This document shows positions 53,094 to 64,000 of a stretch of DNA of 64,000 nt, one piece after another; within the stretch, counting starts at the first letter, position 1, and each line of letters begins with the position of its first letter. The position numbers and the translations under genes were made by a program. A model generated the notes under the pieces. It ran no database searches and was not told where the DNA came from. It saw only the letters and a list, made by a program, of their open reading frames with translations. Source of the DNA: Yuukianura sp. NJ FZ-2021 (lineage: Eukaryota); NCBI GenBank assembly GCA_046563655.1, contig CM102289.1, forward strand, positions 7,564,001 through 7,628,000. Direction: 5' to 3'.

Positions 53094-54055
53094 ATGAAGC
53101 TTTTCCTTGCTTTTCTCTTGATTGCTGGAGCAGCAGGTAATAATCCTAAGCAGTTGCTAATCGAGAGAGTGCCGCTCCACTCCGAGCAGTAATAAAACCC
53201 AAGTGGGGCTCCGCTCGCGAGCAAAGAGCGGACCGCTTTTATCTTCGCTCTCAAAGGAGCGGGTGCTCTCTCAATTTGCAGCAACTGAGATCCTAAGAAT
53301 TCAGAAAATAACGATTGATTATTTTTTTTGTAGCAAAATACGAGGGACCCACAAACCAAGCAGGTCTAGACTTGATCAAGTATTTTGAAGGATTTTACCC
53401 CGACTTCTACACTGATCCCGTTGGCATCACAACCATTGGTTATGGGCATGCCTGTCACGTCAACGATTGCTCAGTGCCACTAAACGGGAAGTACTGGGTA
53501 CCGCTAACCCTAGCTGATGGTGAATCTCTGTTACAAGATGACCTTGCAAGCGGATATGAGGATTGTGTCGCAAATTATGTTACATACAGTGGCTTAAATG
53601 CTGACCAGTTCTCAGCTCTTGTCTCGTTCACTTTTAACCTCGGCTGTGGAAGTTTGCAAACTTCGTCTCTCGTTGACTATCTAAACGCTGGAGATGTTCA
53701 AAGAGCATCAACCGAATTTGGGCGATGGGTGTATGCTGGAGGAGATATCTTACCTGGCCTCGTGACAAGGCGAGCGGAAGAAAATATCTTATTTTGCAAA
53801 GGCACTTGCATTGAGTATTGTACTGGCACAACTACTGATCCTTTGAACATGAGAACACAACCAGACACTACTGCCCCAGTTGTAGCGACTATACCTGCAG
53901 GTTGGACTATCATCATTACTGGAAGAGTGCAAGGAGACGTAATCAACGGTAACAGTAACTGGTTCAAGCTGCAGTATGGAAGTTCAACTGGATATGTTTC
54001 GGCTTACTATGCTAACATGAAGCACAATAATGGACAGTCCTACTGCGCCAAATAA
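53094..54055 (+). CDS. secreted GH24 (phage-type) lysozyme with C-terminal bacterial SH3 (SH3b) domain
   Basis: Exon 53094-53136 (MKLFLAFLLIAGAA), intron 53137-53333, exon 53334-54055. LIKYFEG..YTDPVGITTIGYGH (E-x8-D-x5-T intact), QFSALVSFTFNLG, GLVTRRAEE, then LNMRTQP..WFKLQY..GYVSAYY. TATATAAA at 53030. Confidence 0.92.
53151..53289. mobile_element. ~140-bp MITE in the lysozyme intron, hAT-like 8-bp direct repeat
   Basis: CAGTTGCT..GAGAGAG..CCGCTCC mirrored by GGAGCGG..CTCTCTC..AGCAACTG. ATCCTAAG at 53143-53150 and 53290-53297. Confidence 0.75.
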
Positions 54056-55225
54056 AAACCAAAAATAGGAAAACTATGAAAATATTAACAATTTAAAAAT
54101 TAAATTGAATAAATCGGTTAATCTGTTCTTCGCATTACAAAAATTTTTTTCTAATCCACTTTTTAACACCCTTTTTTAAATTATAGGAATTTTTAAAAAT
54201 GAGGCAACGATTGTTAAGAAAAAACGAACGGTACGTACTCTGTTGAGATGTTGGTGAAAGTATGAATGCCTTTCTCCTAAAAGAATCCGCAAGCAAAGCT
54301 GCTAGGCGGCGTTTTGGTTACGGGTTTTAAATGTTAGATTTAAAACTCAAAAGTGACTTAATTTTTACTCAACTTAAAAAAAAACAAATGTAGATTAACA
54401 TTTTCGAATTCAAGGAAAATTTTTATACAACTAAAATAAAGTTTGTTGTAATAAAAAATAATTTTTCGTGAATATGACATTGCTCTAACTTTTGGCAGTT
54501 GGCTTAAGTGGCATGAGAAAAGCTGTGACTAAAACTTTTTCAATGTGTCAAAAATTTTGACACAGAATTACGCATTGTGAGTGTAGTTGAATATAAGACT
54601 TAGTACATAAAAACGTAATTCGTTTTCCCATTTTCAACTGGCCGCATAATTCAATTCTAGTTTTGATTTTGATGGACTTTCATAATTCACATTTAAAAGA
54701 AAGTTACCTTGCTAAAAGGAAATTACTCGTCTGGGTCAAAGTGGACTGCAGATCACTGTCTTTTGGAATTTACATGCGCAGGAGAGGCCTTGAAGGCGTC
54801 CTAAACCAGCATTTGTGAACTGAATTGACTGCTTTGGAGAAAGACATCATCCGCCTCATCTTGACTTTCTTCCAGATCTCATCCATCCCCATTCCAACTC
54901 TAATGTAACAGGAAGACGCTCAACGTTCAAGTGTTTGTCTTCAAGTGTTGGTGTTTTGCAGGGCTTTTTCAAAAGAGACAAAAATCTATTTGACGACGAC
55001 TGTAAGCCTTTTATTAAAATTCATTTCCATGGTGGAACACAGCGTGACACAGCTTTGACAGAGCATTTTAAAGAAAAAATTTTCATTTTCGGAAATTCCA
55101 CCAAATCTCAACATTTACAAAATGAAACGCAGCTTTCCTAAAATTTGAAGTTTGAAGTGTTTTATATTTTGTGTAGTACGGAGTTGAGGCTGAAAAATTA
55201 GAAAGTTTTAACTTTGAAAAAATAA

Positions 55226-58159
55226 ATGCAGTACACAATATTTACGGTGCTCGTGGCCGTACTACTTTCAAGTAAGCTAAACACAACAAATTCAAACTAA
55301 AAACAACAAATTGTAATTTAAAATTTTTGAGTAGAAATGAAAAAAATTGTAATTTCAAATTCTTTTAGCTTTTCTTTATTTTTATTAAACTCCTTTGAGT
55401 CTTCTTGTTGTTTTTTGAAGTTTGTAAAACTTTTGGAGAAAACTTTGAGCGGAAATTGGTACGAAAAATTCTTTCTGACTACGACACATCCGTCCGCCCT
55501 TCCATAAATGCTTCCCTGCCACTCAATGTTACATTTGGTCTCGCTCTGACTCAGATCATCGACGTGGTAAGTCTAATTAATTCTAGTGTTAATTAAAGTT
55601 TTTGATCATGCAGAGTTGTGAATACTACTTTGTCAGAAATTAGAAACACAAAAACCTAACGTGTTAACTGTTAATTTGAACTAAAAATCAATACACACAG
55701 GCTCAACCACCACAACCACAACATTAATTAAACATATGCCGACCATTGTTTTTTGTTCAGTGTTGAACCCTAGTGCAATTTGTTCAGACTTTCTCTAGAG
55801 CATAACCCTACGATTTCCAAAAAATTACACAATGCTGTTAAATTTTAAAAAATTTCAAATTCGCGCAACAAACTGAACCTTATAAGAAATGTAACAACTC
55901 AGCTTTTCAAACTTCCAGGAAGTAATTTTCAGCTAATTCGATCCTTTTCTAATTGAATTTTGTACGTCCAACTCTAAAAAGAAAGTGAACCAAACTCTCA
56001 AAATTCCAAAGTTGCTTTTTCTTTTAAAGGGTTTTTTCAAAAAATAGAAAGTGTTTGGACCGAGTGTAGGAAAAAGTCTTAAATTCTTTCTGAAAGCAAT
56101 TTCTTGCGGAAATAAATTTTGGGAGTTTTTACAGCATTGAAATTACTTAACTTTTGCGACGCTTGTAGGATCTTACGTGAAATTAAAAAAAAGGAAGCGT
56201 GGAAGATTTGAAATGCCAATGGGCAAGGGAGTGCTTATAAGTTTATTGTTTTATTGAAACAAAAGTACTTTATCACAGATGCTCATTTTTGGCAAGATTT
56301 ATGACACTATTCTAAGAAAAGGCATCCAGAAACACACAAAGTCCATAAAAACTGGGAACTGAAGTGTGAAAAGAGAGATTAGAACAGGATTTACAAGTAT
56401 TATGAACGTACTACTTATGCTTTCTAATAATATTCCAAAAAGTTCTATTGTTTTAGAGAGAGTTTGATAGCATCACCATTTTCACTAATTCTAGAATAAA
56501 CAATTCTAGAACAAACTCTGGTTTAAATGGGAATTCAAAACCAGAATGGGCGAAAACCCTCTGAAGAAAACTTTTTCAAAATTCTCATCCCTAAAAGTCT
56601 CACACAAATAAACTTCTTTGTAAAAACAATCGCGGTTTCAAAATTTTGTAACAAAGTTTTGTTTCTCGAGAGAATATTTGTAAGTTAGGAGGCATGTTTG
56701 AAAAATTTAGGATGAAAATGTTATTCAGAATGTGATTTTGGAACTGAGGGAATCAGGAAAGAATCGTAAAAGTTTTACGGCGTCGTTTCGTTTCAGTTTC
56801 TGAGCATATAAATTGTCGCGTCGTTCCAAAATTTCGGTTATTATGCCTGGATGAGTGTGTGACACATTTGGATTCGTTAGACATTTGAACAGGAAACACA
56901 AAATAAAGTTTAATGATGCGTTAATTGTATCTCGGTCCAACAAAAATAGAAAATTATTGTTGTTAATTCGATCCAAATCGTTTTATAACTTGGAAGATTT
57001 GGAATTTTTTAATTTAGAAAGTTGATTGATTCAACCGAAAATGTGACTAGTACAAATACATTTTGTAAAACTTTTGAAACAAATTATTTCGATTTCATCT
57101 GGCTTCTTATGCGATGTACACTTACGGAGAAAGTCCTATTTTCTTTAAAAACTAAATTGGAAAAAACAGTTTCGTCTAAGCTTAGCCAAAAACTAATTTC
57201 AACTTTACAATTTAATGCTTTTCTAATCAAAAAAGTATCTGAGACATACTATAAACGAGTAAATTTTTCTTTGTACAAATCCTTGTTAACAAAAAAAAGG
57301 ATTTTCTATTGCAAAATTCACCTTAATTATATCTGCTGTCTCCGCTCTAAACAAAATGAAATACCATGTTGCTAATTTATAATGAAGAAGTTTTCAAAAT
57401 TTCAAAAACATAACCGGAGTATGACATGCGAATCATATTTTTACAAAAAGTTTTTTTTGAAGCATTTTGAAAAGTTTTCCTGAAAATTTGGCGACAAATC
57501 AGGAAAAAATTTAGGAAACAACTTTTGCGTTCGCTTGAATGTATCACAAATGGATGCTCAAAGAGGAAAGTTTTCACAAACGACTTTTTGTTCTGATATA
57601 TTTCTTTTATGCGGCAAAACTCACTTGAGTAGCACAATAAAAAAAATCAAGTTGTCATCATGTGTTCTTCTAAACAAGAAATTAATGAAAACGTTTGCTT
57701 TCTCTTATAAGTCAAAGAATTCCTGCGGTTTTATTAAAGTTCAAAAAGAATTTTGAGAAGACAAAACGCATTACGCTGCAGTTTTGTGAAGTAAACTTTT
57801 CATCAACGTTAAAAGAATACATTTTCCAAAAGACGTTTTCCTCCCTCTTCGTTTGTCAGTAATAAATCAAAAGTCGGCGTTCCTTGATTGTGACTCTAAT
57901 GTACGAAAAAAGAAAGTTTCCTGGATACTTTTTTTTGTGGAATCAGAAAATCGTAAATCAAAAAGCGAAGATTTCCGTAGTCGATTCTTTCACTAACCTT
58001 TAGCTACTAAAACATCTTCTTCAAATAAATCAAAAGCCAATGACCAAGAATGTTTTTCGACTTTTCTTTAAATGTTATAAAAATGTATTCATTCAATTGT
58101 AATGGTTTTTACAGGATGAAAGAAATCAAATTCTTACTACCAACTGCTGGTTAAATCAG
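55226..58159 (+). CDS. nicotinic acetylcholine receptor subunit (alpha7/alpha9-10-like N-terminus), exons 1-3; remainder presumably beyond the window
   Basis: Exons 55226-55271 (MQYTIFTVLVAVLLS), 55421-55566 (ERKLVRKILSDYDTSVRP..LNVTFGLALTQIIDV), 58115-58159 (DERNQILTTNCWLNQ, 45 nt), all GT-AG and in frame. Loop C is not in the window, so alpha status is not shown. Confidence 0.85.
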
Positions 58160-58354
58160 GTAAGAATTTAACAAAGTGTCCAGTTTTAACAAAAACTACA
58201 CTTTTTTTTTACTACAAATTCAAAAGCTAAATGAAATAAAAATGAATTTGGAAAAAAAATTGTGAAAATTTGAAAAAAAAAACTCTTCGTGGATTTTTTT
58301 TATTCTGACGCTACAGTTTTAAAACAAGTTTTGAGCAATGCTAGTGAGCTCATT

Positions 58355-58495
58355 TTGAGTTTCAAGATTTTGAAACTTTTTGAGTAGACAGAGATGGAAT
58401 AAGCATTTGAATCAAAACCTCAACTTTTTAGAAATGTGAAAGTAATGATAGACTTATTGGCCTACCTCAATTTTCCCCGTTTTCTTCCATTTCTT
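58355..58495 (+). repeat. left copy of the 141-bp direct repeat flanking the LINE (right copy 62746-62886)
   Basis: TTGAGT..GAGTAGACAGAGATGGAATAAGC..CCATTTCTT. By eye the copies differ at one base near the start. Confidence 0.92.
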
Positions 58496-58864
58496 CCATA
58501 AAAAGGAAATAAAACCAATAGTACAACTCACGGTTACTTTTTATTGAACATTTGGAACATGAAAAAATAAGTTAATGGACTTTGGTCAACAATTCAACTC
58601 AACTTAACTCAACAATTTACTGGAAATACTGGGAACATTGGAAACCACCATACAACAATCAGTGACTACGGATACAACAGCTGATCAGAGACAAGTGACT
58701 GCCTGATTGCATAGTCAGTTCTTGCTCTCTGCGGAATCAACAGACTTATCAATTACAGATACGTTTATGACTAATACGTCAAAAACAAATCCAGTATTGG
58801 TACCATGAAATACTGCCAAATTATTTTCTAACTTACAGATTACCAATTAACAATATTAGCACTG

Positions 58865-59608
58865 ATGAGCTCAAACCAACCAGCCAAAACAAGAGGAACG
58901 AAACGGAAATCCGAATTAGAAATTTCGCAATCAACCAAAGTTACCAAAATGACAGAAGCAGATCTAGCTCCTGTACTGGCCGCCATCAACAAACTGAGCG
59001 ACAGAATGGACCGCAATCACATTGAGCTTACGAACCAAATACAGTCAATCAAGACAGATATCACGACACTCCAAACCAAAGTGAATGAAGTAGAGGCCAC
59101 CAACAAACAGATCAGTCACCACCTAAGTAGTCACGACCGTGAGATCGAAACGATTCTAATCAACTTGAATAAATCAAACCTCATACTACACGGGCTACAA
59201 CACTCTGCGGGAGAGTCAACCGAATCGATTACTGCTCAAATAAAAGAGATTCTGCAAAATTCGCTACAAATTGACCTCACTAGCGAAATTCAGCATGCTC
59301 ACCGTCTGGGTCGACCCACCGCTCAAAATCCAAACAAACCAATTAAAATAATGTTCAAATCGCTGGACACCAGGAATACTGTCTGGAGAAATCGAATGCG
59401 TGTCAAACAATCATTTCCAACTCTCAGCATCAATCAAGATCTCCCACCTGTCACCAGGAAAAAGTTAGCAGCCAAACGACAGAACCTAACTAACAATGCT
59501 GACGAACAAAACAGCCCCAACGTCAACACTCCAGCCCAGAATACGACATTCGCTCGAAACCCCGGCTTCGCACGCAGCAGTATGACCCCACGATCACCGC
59601 CATTGTGA
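58865..59608 (+). CDS. LINE ORF1 (coiled coil + RRM-like)
   Basis: Heptad-rich N-terminal half, then NLILHGL, AHRLGR, KPIKIMF, INQDLP motifs typical of L1/L2/CR1 ORF1 proteins. Confidence 0.85.
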   Translation: MSSNQPAKTRGTKRKSELEISQSTKVTKMTEADLAPVLAAINKLSDRMDRNHIELTNQIQSIKTDITTLQTKVNEVEATNKQISHHLSSHDREIETILINLNKSNLILHGLQHSAGESTESITAQIKEILQNSLQIDLTSEIQHAHRLGRPTAQNPNKPIKIMFKSLDTRNTVWRNRMRVKQSFPTLSINQDLPPVTRKKLAAKRQNLTNNADEQNSPNVNTPAQNTTFARNPGFARSSMTPRSPPL

Positions 59609-62466
59609 CAACCAGCTACCACACCACGTCAAAAGGTCAAGTATGAGCTTACCATAGCTCAATTGAACATTCGCTCCTATTCAAAAAAATTCCCCGAAGT
59701 GTGTGATCTACTAAATATTCAAAATATCGACATCCTATGCTTATGTGAAACCTGGCTTACACCAAGCGTCACGGCAATCGTTCCTCCCGGATACTCCATG
59801 TACAGAAACGATCGAATTCACAAAAGAGGAGGAGGAGTGTGCATAATTGTAAAAAACTTGTTCAAAATTCTAAAAATTTCAAAATCAACGCCAGGCCCAG
59901 ATCACCACATCGAACATATTACAATCAAACTACAGATCAATTTCAACAAAAGCATAACAGTTACATGCCTGTATCGGCCACCAGCAAGATCCGGAACTCT
60001 AATCAGAAACGACATTTCATTCATTTGTAAACTAATTCAAGAAATAAACGAGACAAATTGCTCATCTTACATGGCTGGAGACTTTAATTTTCTTCCCGGT
60101 AGTGAGTACAACGATTTCAAACGCTCCTTCCAGATTCATTCCATCAGTCAACTAGTCACAATACCAACACGTGGTCAAAACATATTAGACTTATTTCTCA
60201 CTAACAATAGTTCAGAGGTGGCAACATGCGATGTAATCGACTGTGACTTATCTGACCATTCTCTCGTTCTCGCAAAAATCAAATCACAACGAATTCAAGT
60301 GGAGCCGAAACAAATTCAATACAGAAACTTTGCAAACATAAACATGGAGAAATTAGCTACACAAGTTATTTTGATCCCAGACACCACAGGAATAAATGAC
60401 CTTGATTCCAAATTGTCTCACTTCAAGTCATCTCTGGTTAGCGTATTCTCCAGCCTAGCACCTACGAAAACAAAATTCATACGAGAAAACCGGTTAAATT
60501 GCTACTTATCCGAACGTACCCGTGACCTCATCAAAAAGAAGAACAACCTCATAAAGAACGACCGAAATTCGTTATTCTATGTACAAAAACTAAAAGCAAT
60601 GAAACGACTCGTTCAAACTGCAGTGAAACGAGAGACAACAAACTATTTTAACGATCTAACCAACAGGAATGGAATCCACGATGCAGTCAATAGATTTTGT
60701 AAACTAACAAAGAAAAAATCAAACCCACCAGCACCAACAATAGACGCAGAAGAAATCAACAACTATTTAATACAAATCAGTACCAAATCAACTGCGTCAA
60801 CACTCTATGAAAAACCGGTTAGCATCTTGACACCTCCTGAGGCAATATCATTCAAAATCAACAGCTACGATGTCATCAAAGCATGGAAAGCTGCAAAAAA
60901 GAAGAAATCAAAATCGATGGACACAATGGAAGTATGTCCGTACATGATCGAGCTTACACTTCGGGCACCGAATATTCTGGATAGCATCACGGACATTATT
61001 AATGAAAGTTTTCGCAAGGGCTATGTCCCTGAACCTCTAAAATTAGCCAAAGTGATTCCATTGCCAAAATGTGACAATCCAAAATCTGCCAGTGAATTTC
61101 GCCCAATCTCCATCCTTCCTGTCGTCTCAAAAATAATGGAAAAATGTGCATTTGAAAAAATAACGCATCATCTTACTAAGTACAACCTCCTCCACCAAAA
61201 CCAATTCGGTTTTCGGAAAGGTCACTCCACTACGCAGGCGCAGATTGCACTTACAGACTTACTCTACAACTCATTTCACCAAAATAAAATCTGTGCAGTG
61301 GTAACATTGGATCTAACCAAAGCCTTCGACACAGTAGACCGCGAAACTTTGATACACAAAACAAAATGGTATGGACTCGAGAACCAGTGGCTCCAATCCT
61401 ACTTATCGTGTCGCAAACAATATGTACTCAGCCAGAACAAAAAGTCGACAACACAGGAATTCACTTTAGGAACTCCGCAAGGTGGAATTTTGTCGCCACT
61501 TCTCTTCAGCATTATGGTGAATGACTTGCTCTCGTCTTTCAATCAACTTTTTCCTGAAATTTTGATCATGTTTGCGGACGACAACTCCATCATCATCAAG
61601 GGCGACCCCAACTTACTGTTCCAGTTTAAGTCTGATGTAGAAAAATGTGTAAATTTTGTGATACAATGGATGAAATCAAATCTCCTCTACATAAACAAAA
61701 GGAAAACTTCAATTCTACTGTGCGCAAAACCCAAAATTCTCCAGAGCATTGGGCAAATTACATTTGACATTGATGGTGAACAAACAGCAACAGTGAATTC
61801 GTTAAAAACTCTTGGACTGACGATCGATTCTCAACTCAGATGGGACACTCATATAAACACAGTTGCAAAACGGTGTTTTGGCATCATCGCTTCTCTCTAT
61901 CCACTTCAACGCTACCTCGACTTAATCAACCGAAAAATCCTGATGGAGTCATACGTACTCTCAAAAGTCACGTACATGTCAGAAATTTGGGGACAAAGTA
62001 AAAAGAAATACCTCAAACCAATGGAAAAAGTGATAAGATCTGCAGGAGATTCACTTTAAGCGTCAAAAAGTTCGATCATGTCAAGCTAGAAATTACTAAG
62101 AAGTTACAATGGCTATTCCCTAAGCATCTAACCGATTACCGGCGTCTACTTCTAGCAAAAGGAATAGTTGCTATGAATTGTCCAAAATACTTCGAGGGGT
62201 ACTTCGACGAGATAGAATCACGCAAAAAGAAAATCGTCACCAGAAAACATACACACACCAGCGTCATGCCAAACAGCGCTAATCATCCGCTCTCCTTCAA
62301 AACATCTGCAGTCAGCAAATGGGAAAACTTACCAGAAGATCTCAAAAATGAAGCGAACTCGCATAAGTTCAAAGTAAAGATTAAGAAGTACTTCCTCACA
62401 AAACAGGAAATGGAAGCGGAAGCCAAGGAAAATTCAGACGATCATCACCTCTCAGAGCAAGATTAA
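59609..62466 (+). CDS. LINE ORF2 (AP endonuclease + reverse transcriptase), one frameshift near 62047
   Basis: LNIRS, LCETWL, GGGV, YRPP, GDFN, LDL, SDH (endonuclease); FRPISILP, QFGFR, LDLTKAFDTV, GTPQGGILSPLLF, FADD (RT). After ~62047 the protein continues in another frame (RFTLSVKKFDHV..LQWL) to the stop at 62466. Confidence 0.9.
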
Positions 62467-63510
62467 AAGCAATTACAATAAACAATAATTTTATACCTAG
62501 ATAATTCGTAAACATACAACTACATTCCCATACCTCATAGCATTTATAACTCAATTTATCTTAACAAACACACCCGAAAACCAGCAATTTTAAACTAGTA
62601 CACATAATTTTTCTTAACCATCACCCGATAACAGTAGCAACGTAATAATCTCATAATTTTGTAAAACATTTATTCCGAAAAACCTGCGCATTTAGTAGGA
62701 GAATAAATTATTGAATTGAATTGAATTGAATTGAATTGAATTGAATTGAGTTGCAAGATTTTGAAACTTTTTGAGTAGACAGAGATGGAATAAGCATTTG
62801 AATCAAAACCTCAACTTTTTAGAAATGTGAAAGTAATGATAGACTTATTGGCCTACCTCAATTTTCCCCGTTTTCTTCCATTTCTTAGAAACCGCTATCG
62901 TGTACGTGCCCTTTTGGAAGAAAATCCTGTTCAAATCCCTGATTTTCAAAATCCTGTCTTATTAAGTCAATGTCTAAGGTAGAAGAACTTGACTCCTTCG
63001 AATAGTAATTTGTTATCCACTCGTGCCATTTTTTTCGGTTTTCAAAAAAAAATCCACAAAACTTTTATTTTTACCACTAGTTTATTTTAGTGCATTTTAT
63101 GGCAGTTTCTACTTTTATTTCAACGTATTGACATTTACATTCAAGTTTTTATGCTGGAATTATTTCTCATCTCATTCCATCTCATCTCATTTCAAAAAAA
63201 AGTTTTTTGCATAAATTTTTTCTTCCAAAAAATTGAAAATTTTCATAAGAATTCGATTGACCTATGGAATTTCGATGCCAGACAGTATTAGGTGAAAATT
63301 TGAAAGAAAAAAATGTTTACAAGTTAAATTTGTGGTAAAAAGAAAGCTTCAGGGAACCATTGCGCATCTGAACAGAATAAATTCTAAATAAATTTTGTTG
63401 TTAGAAGAAACAAAAAGTTTAAAATTCAGAAAACGAATTGAAAAGTGCAAAGTTGGGGTGAACAAATTGGAAAAACGGAGGTTTTAGGTGTCAATAAATT
63501 TTGAAAATGT

Positions 63511-64000
63511 TCACATATAGTAGGCAATGACAATCGTGTAGTCATCGGCCGTTCCAACTCCAATTCCCAGGAACTTCGTCGTGTTAGAATAGAGTACGTA
63601 GTCGTTGATGGACAAAATAGCAGTTTCTGGAGTAGGAACTTTGGTGTAAAAGCTATTTGTAGCATCCCGCGTGTCCACAGCCAGAGGTCGAAGTTCACCA
63701 AAATATGCCCACACATTTCTCAGTTTATATTTACCGTCTGTTGGTCCATAGAAAGTTAGTTCAAAACTTTTGGTTTTGGCTAACTCTTCGGCACGAGCGT
63801 GGGCTTCGATATTGAGCTGCGTTCAATCGAAACAATGTTTATATTTTCAAATTTCAACGCGGAAGTTGTTGACCTTTGACCTTTTACTTTTACCTGAGTA
63901 CTGAGCAAAAGTGGAGGAGCATTGCTAAGGGCCCTGTATGTGTTGTGTAAATCGAGAGCCACTTGCCTGAATCCACCATCGAGTCCCACCGCCGACTCTG
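63511..64000 (-). CDS. 3' part of a divergent CAP/SCP (PR-1/GAPR-1-like) protein
   Basis: Exon ..64000-63894 FRQVALDLHNTYRALSNAPPLLLSTQ, intron GTAAAA..CGCAG 63893-63817, exon 63816-63511 LNIEAHARAEELA..TTKFLGIGVG..TIVIAYYM. Confidence 0.65.

Larger units (their letters stand above)
58496..62745 (+). mobile_element. non-LTR retrotransposon (L2/CR1 group), apparently full length, in nAChR intron 3
   Basis: 5' UTR, ORF1, APE-RT ORF2, AATAAA at 62702, (TTGAA)7 tail at 62711-62745. Bounded by 141-bp direct repeats. Confidence 0.93.

Noticed and set aside
58862..58905. CTGATGAG..GAAAC resembling a hammerhead ribozyme core
   Set aside because: Stem II does not pair next to GAAA, and the sequence is simply the ORF1 start.
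62711..62749. (TTGAA)n as telomeric or CRISPR-like array
   Set aside because: It is the LINE 3' tail after AATAAA. No spacer-separated repeats were seen anywhere in the window.

Overview
AT-rich eukaryotic genomic DNA with short GT-AG introns and TATA/TCAGT-type promoters. It is most likely an arthropod; the load of bacterial-type genes would fit a soil hexapod such as a springtail, but the taxon cannot be established from the sequence. Left to right: the 5' part of a GMC oxidoreductase; the cholinergic locus (ChAT with a single-exon VAChT ORF upstream on the same strand, plus a tRNA-Gly and an antisense GGY-rich secreted peptide between them); a bacterial-type MscL channel gene with a spliceosomal intron; two tandem secreted alpha-carbonic anhydrase-like genes lacking two of three Zn ligands; an MGCC-start orphan ORF; two FMRFamide-receptor-like GPCR paralogues; a divergent thaumatin + GH24 lysozyme-SH3b pair between two copies of the 5' end of a nicotinic receptor gene; that nAChR gene, carrying a near-intact L2/CR1-type LINE; and the 3' end of a divergent CAP/SCP gene. 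Most notable: the apparently domesticated MscL, the antimicrobial pair, a LINE whose AUG-less ORF2 is in frame with ORF1 behind one UGA in a CARYYA readthrough context and which has a 141-bp flanking duplication, and parallel MITE insertions plus an IR1/EcRE-like motif in the same intron of both GPCRs. Exon boundaries were read by eye and no database searches were run.
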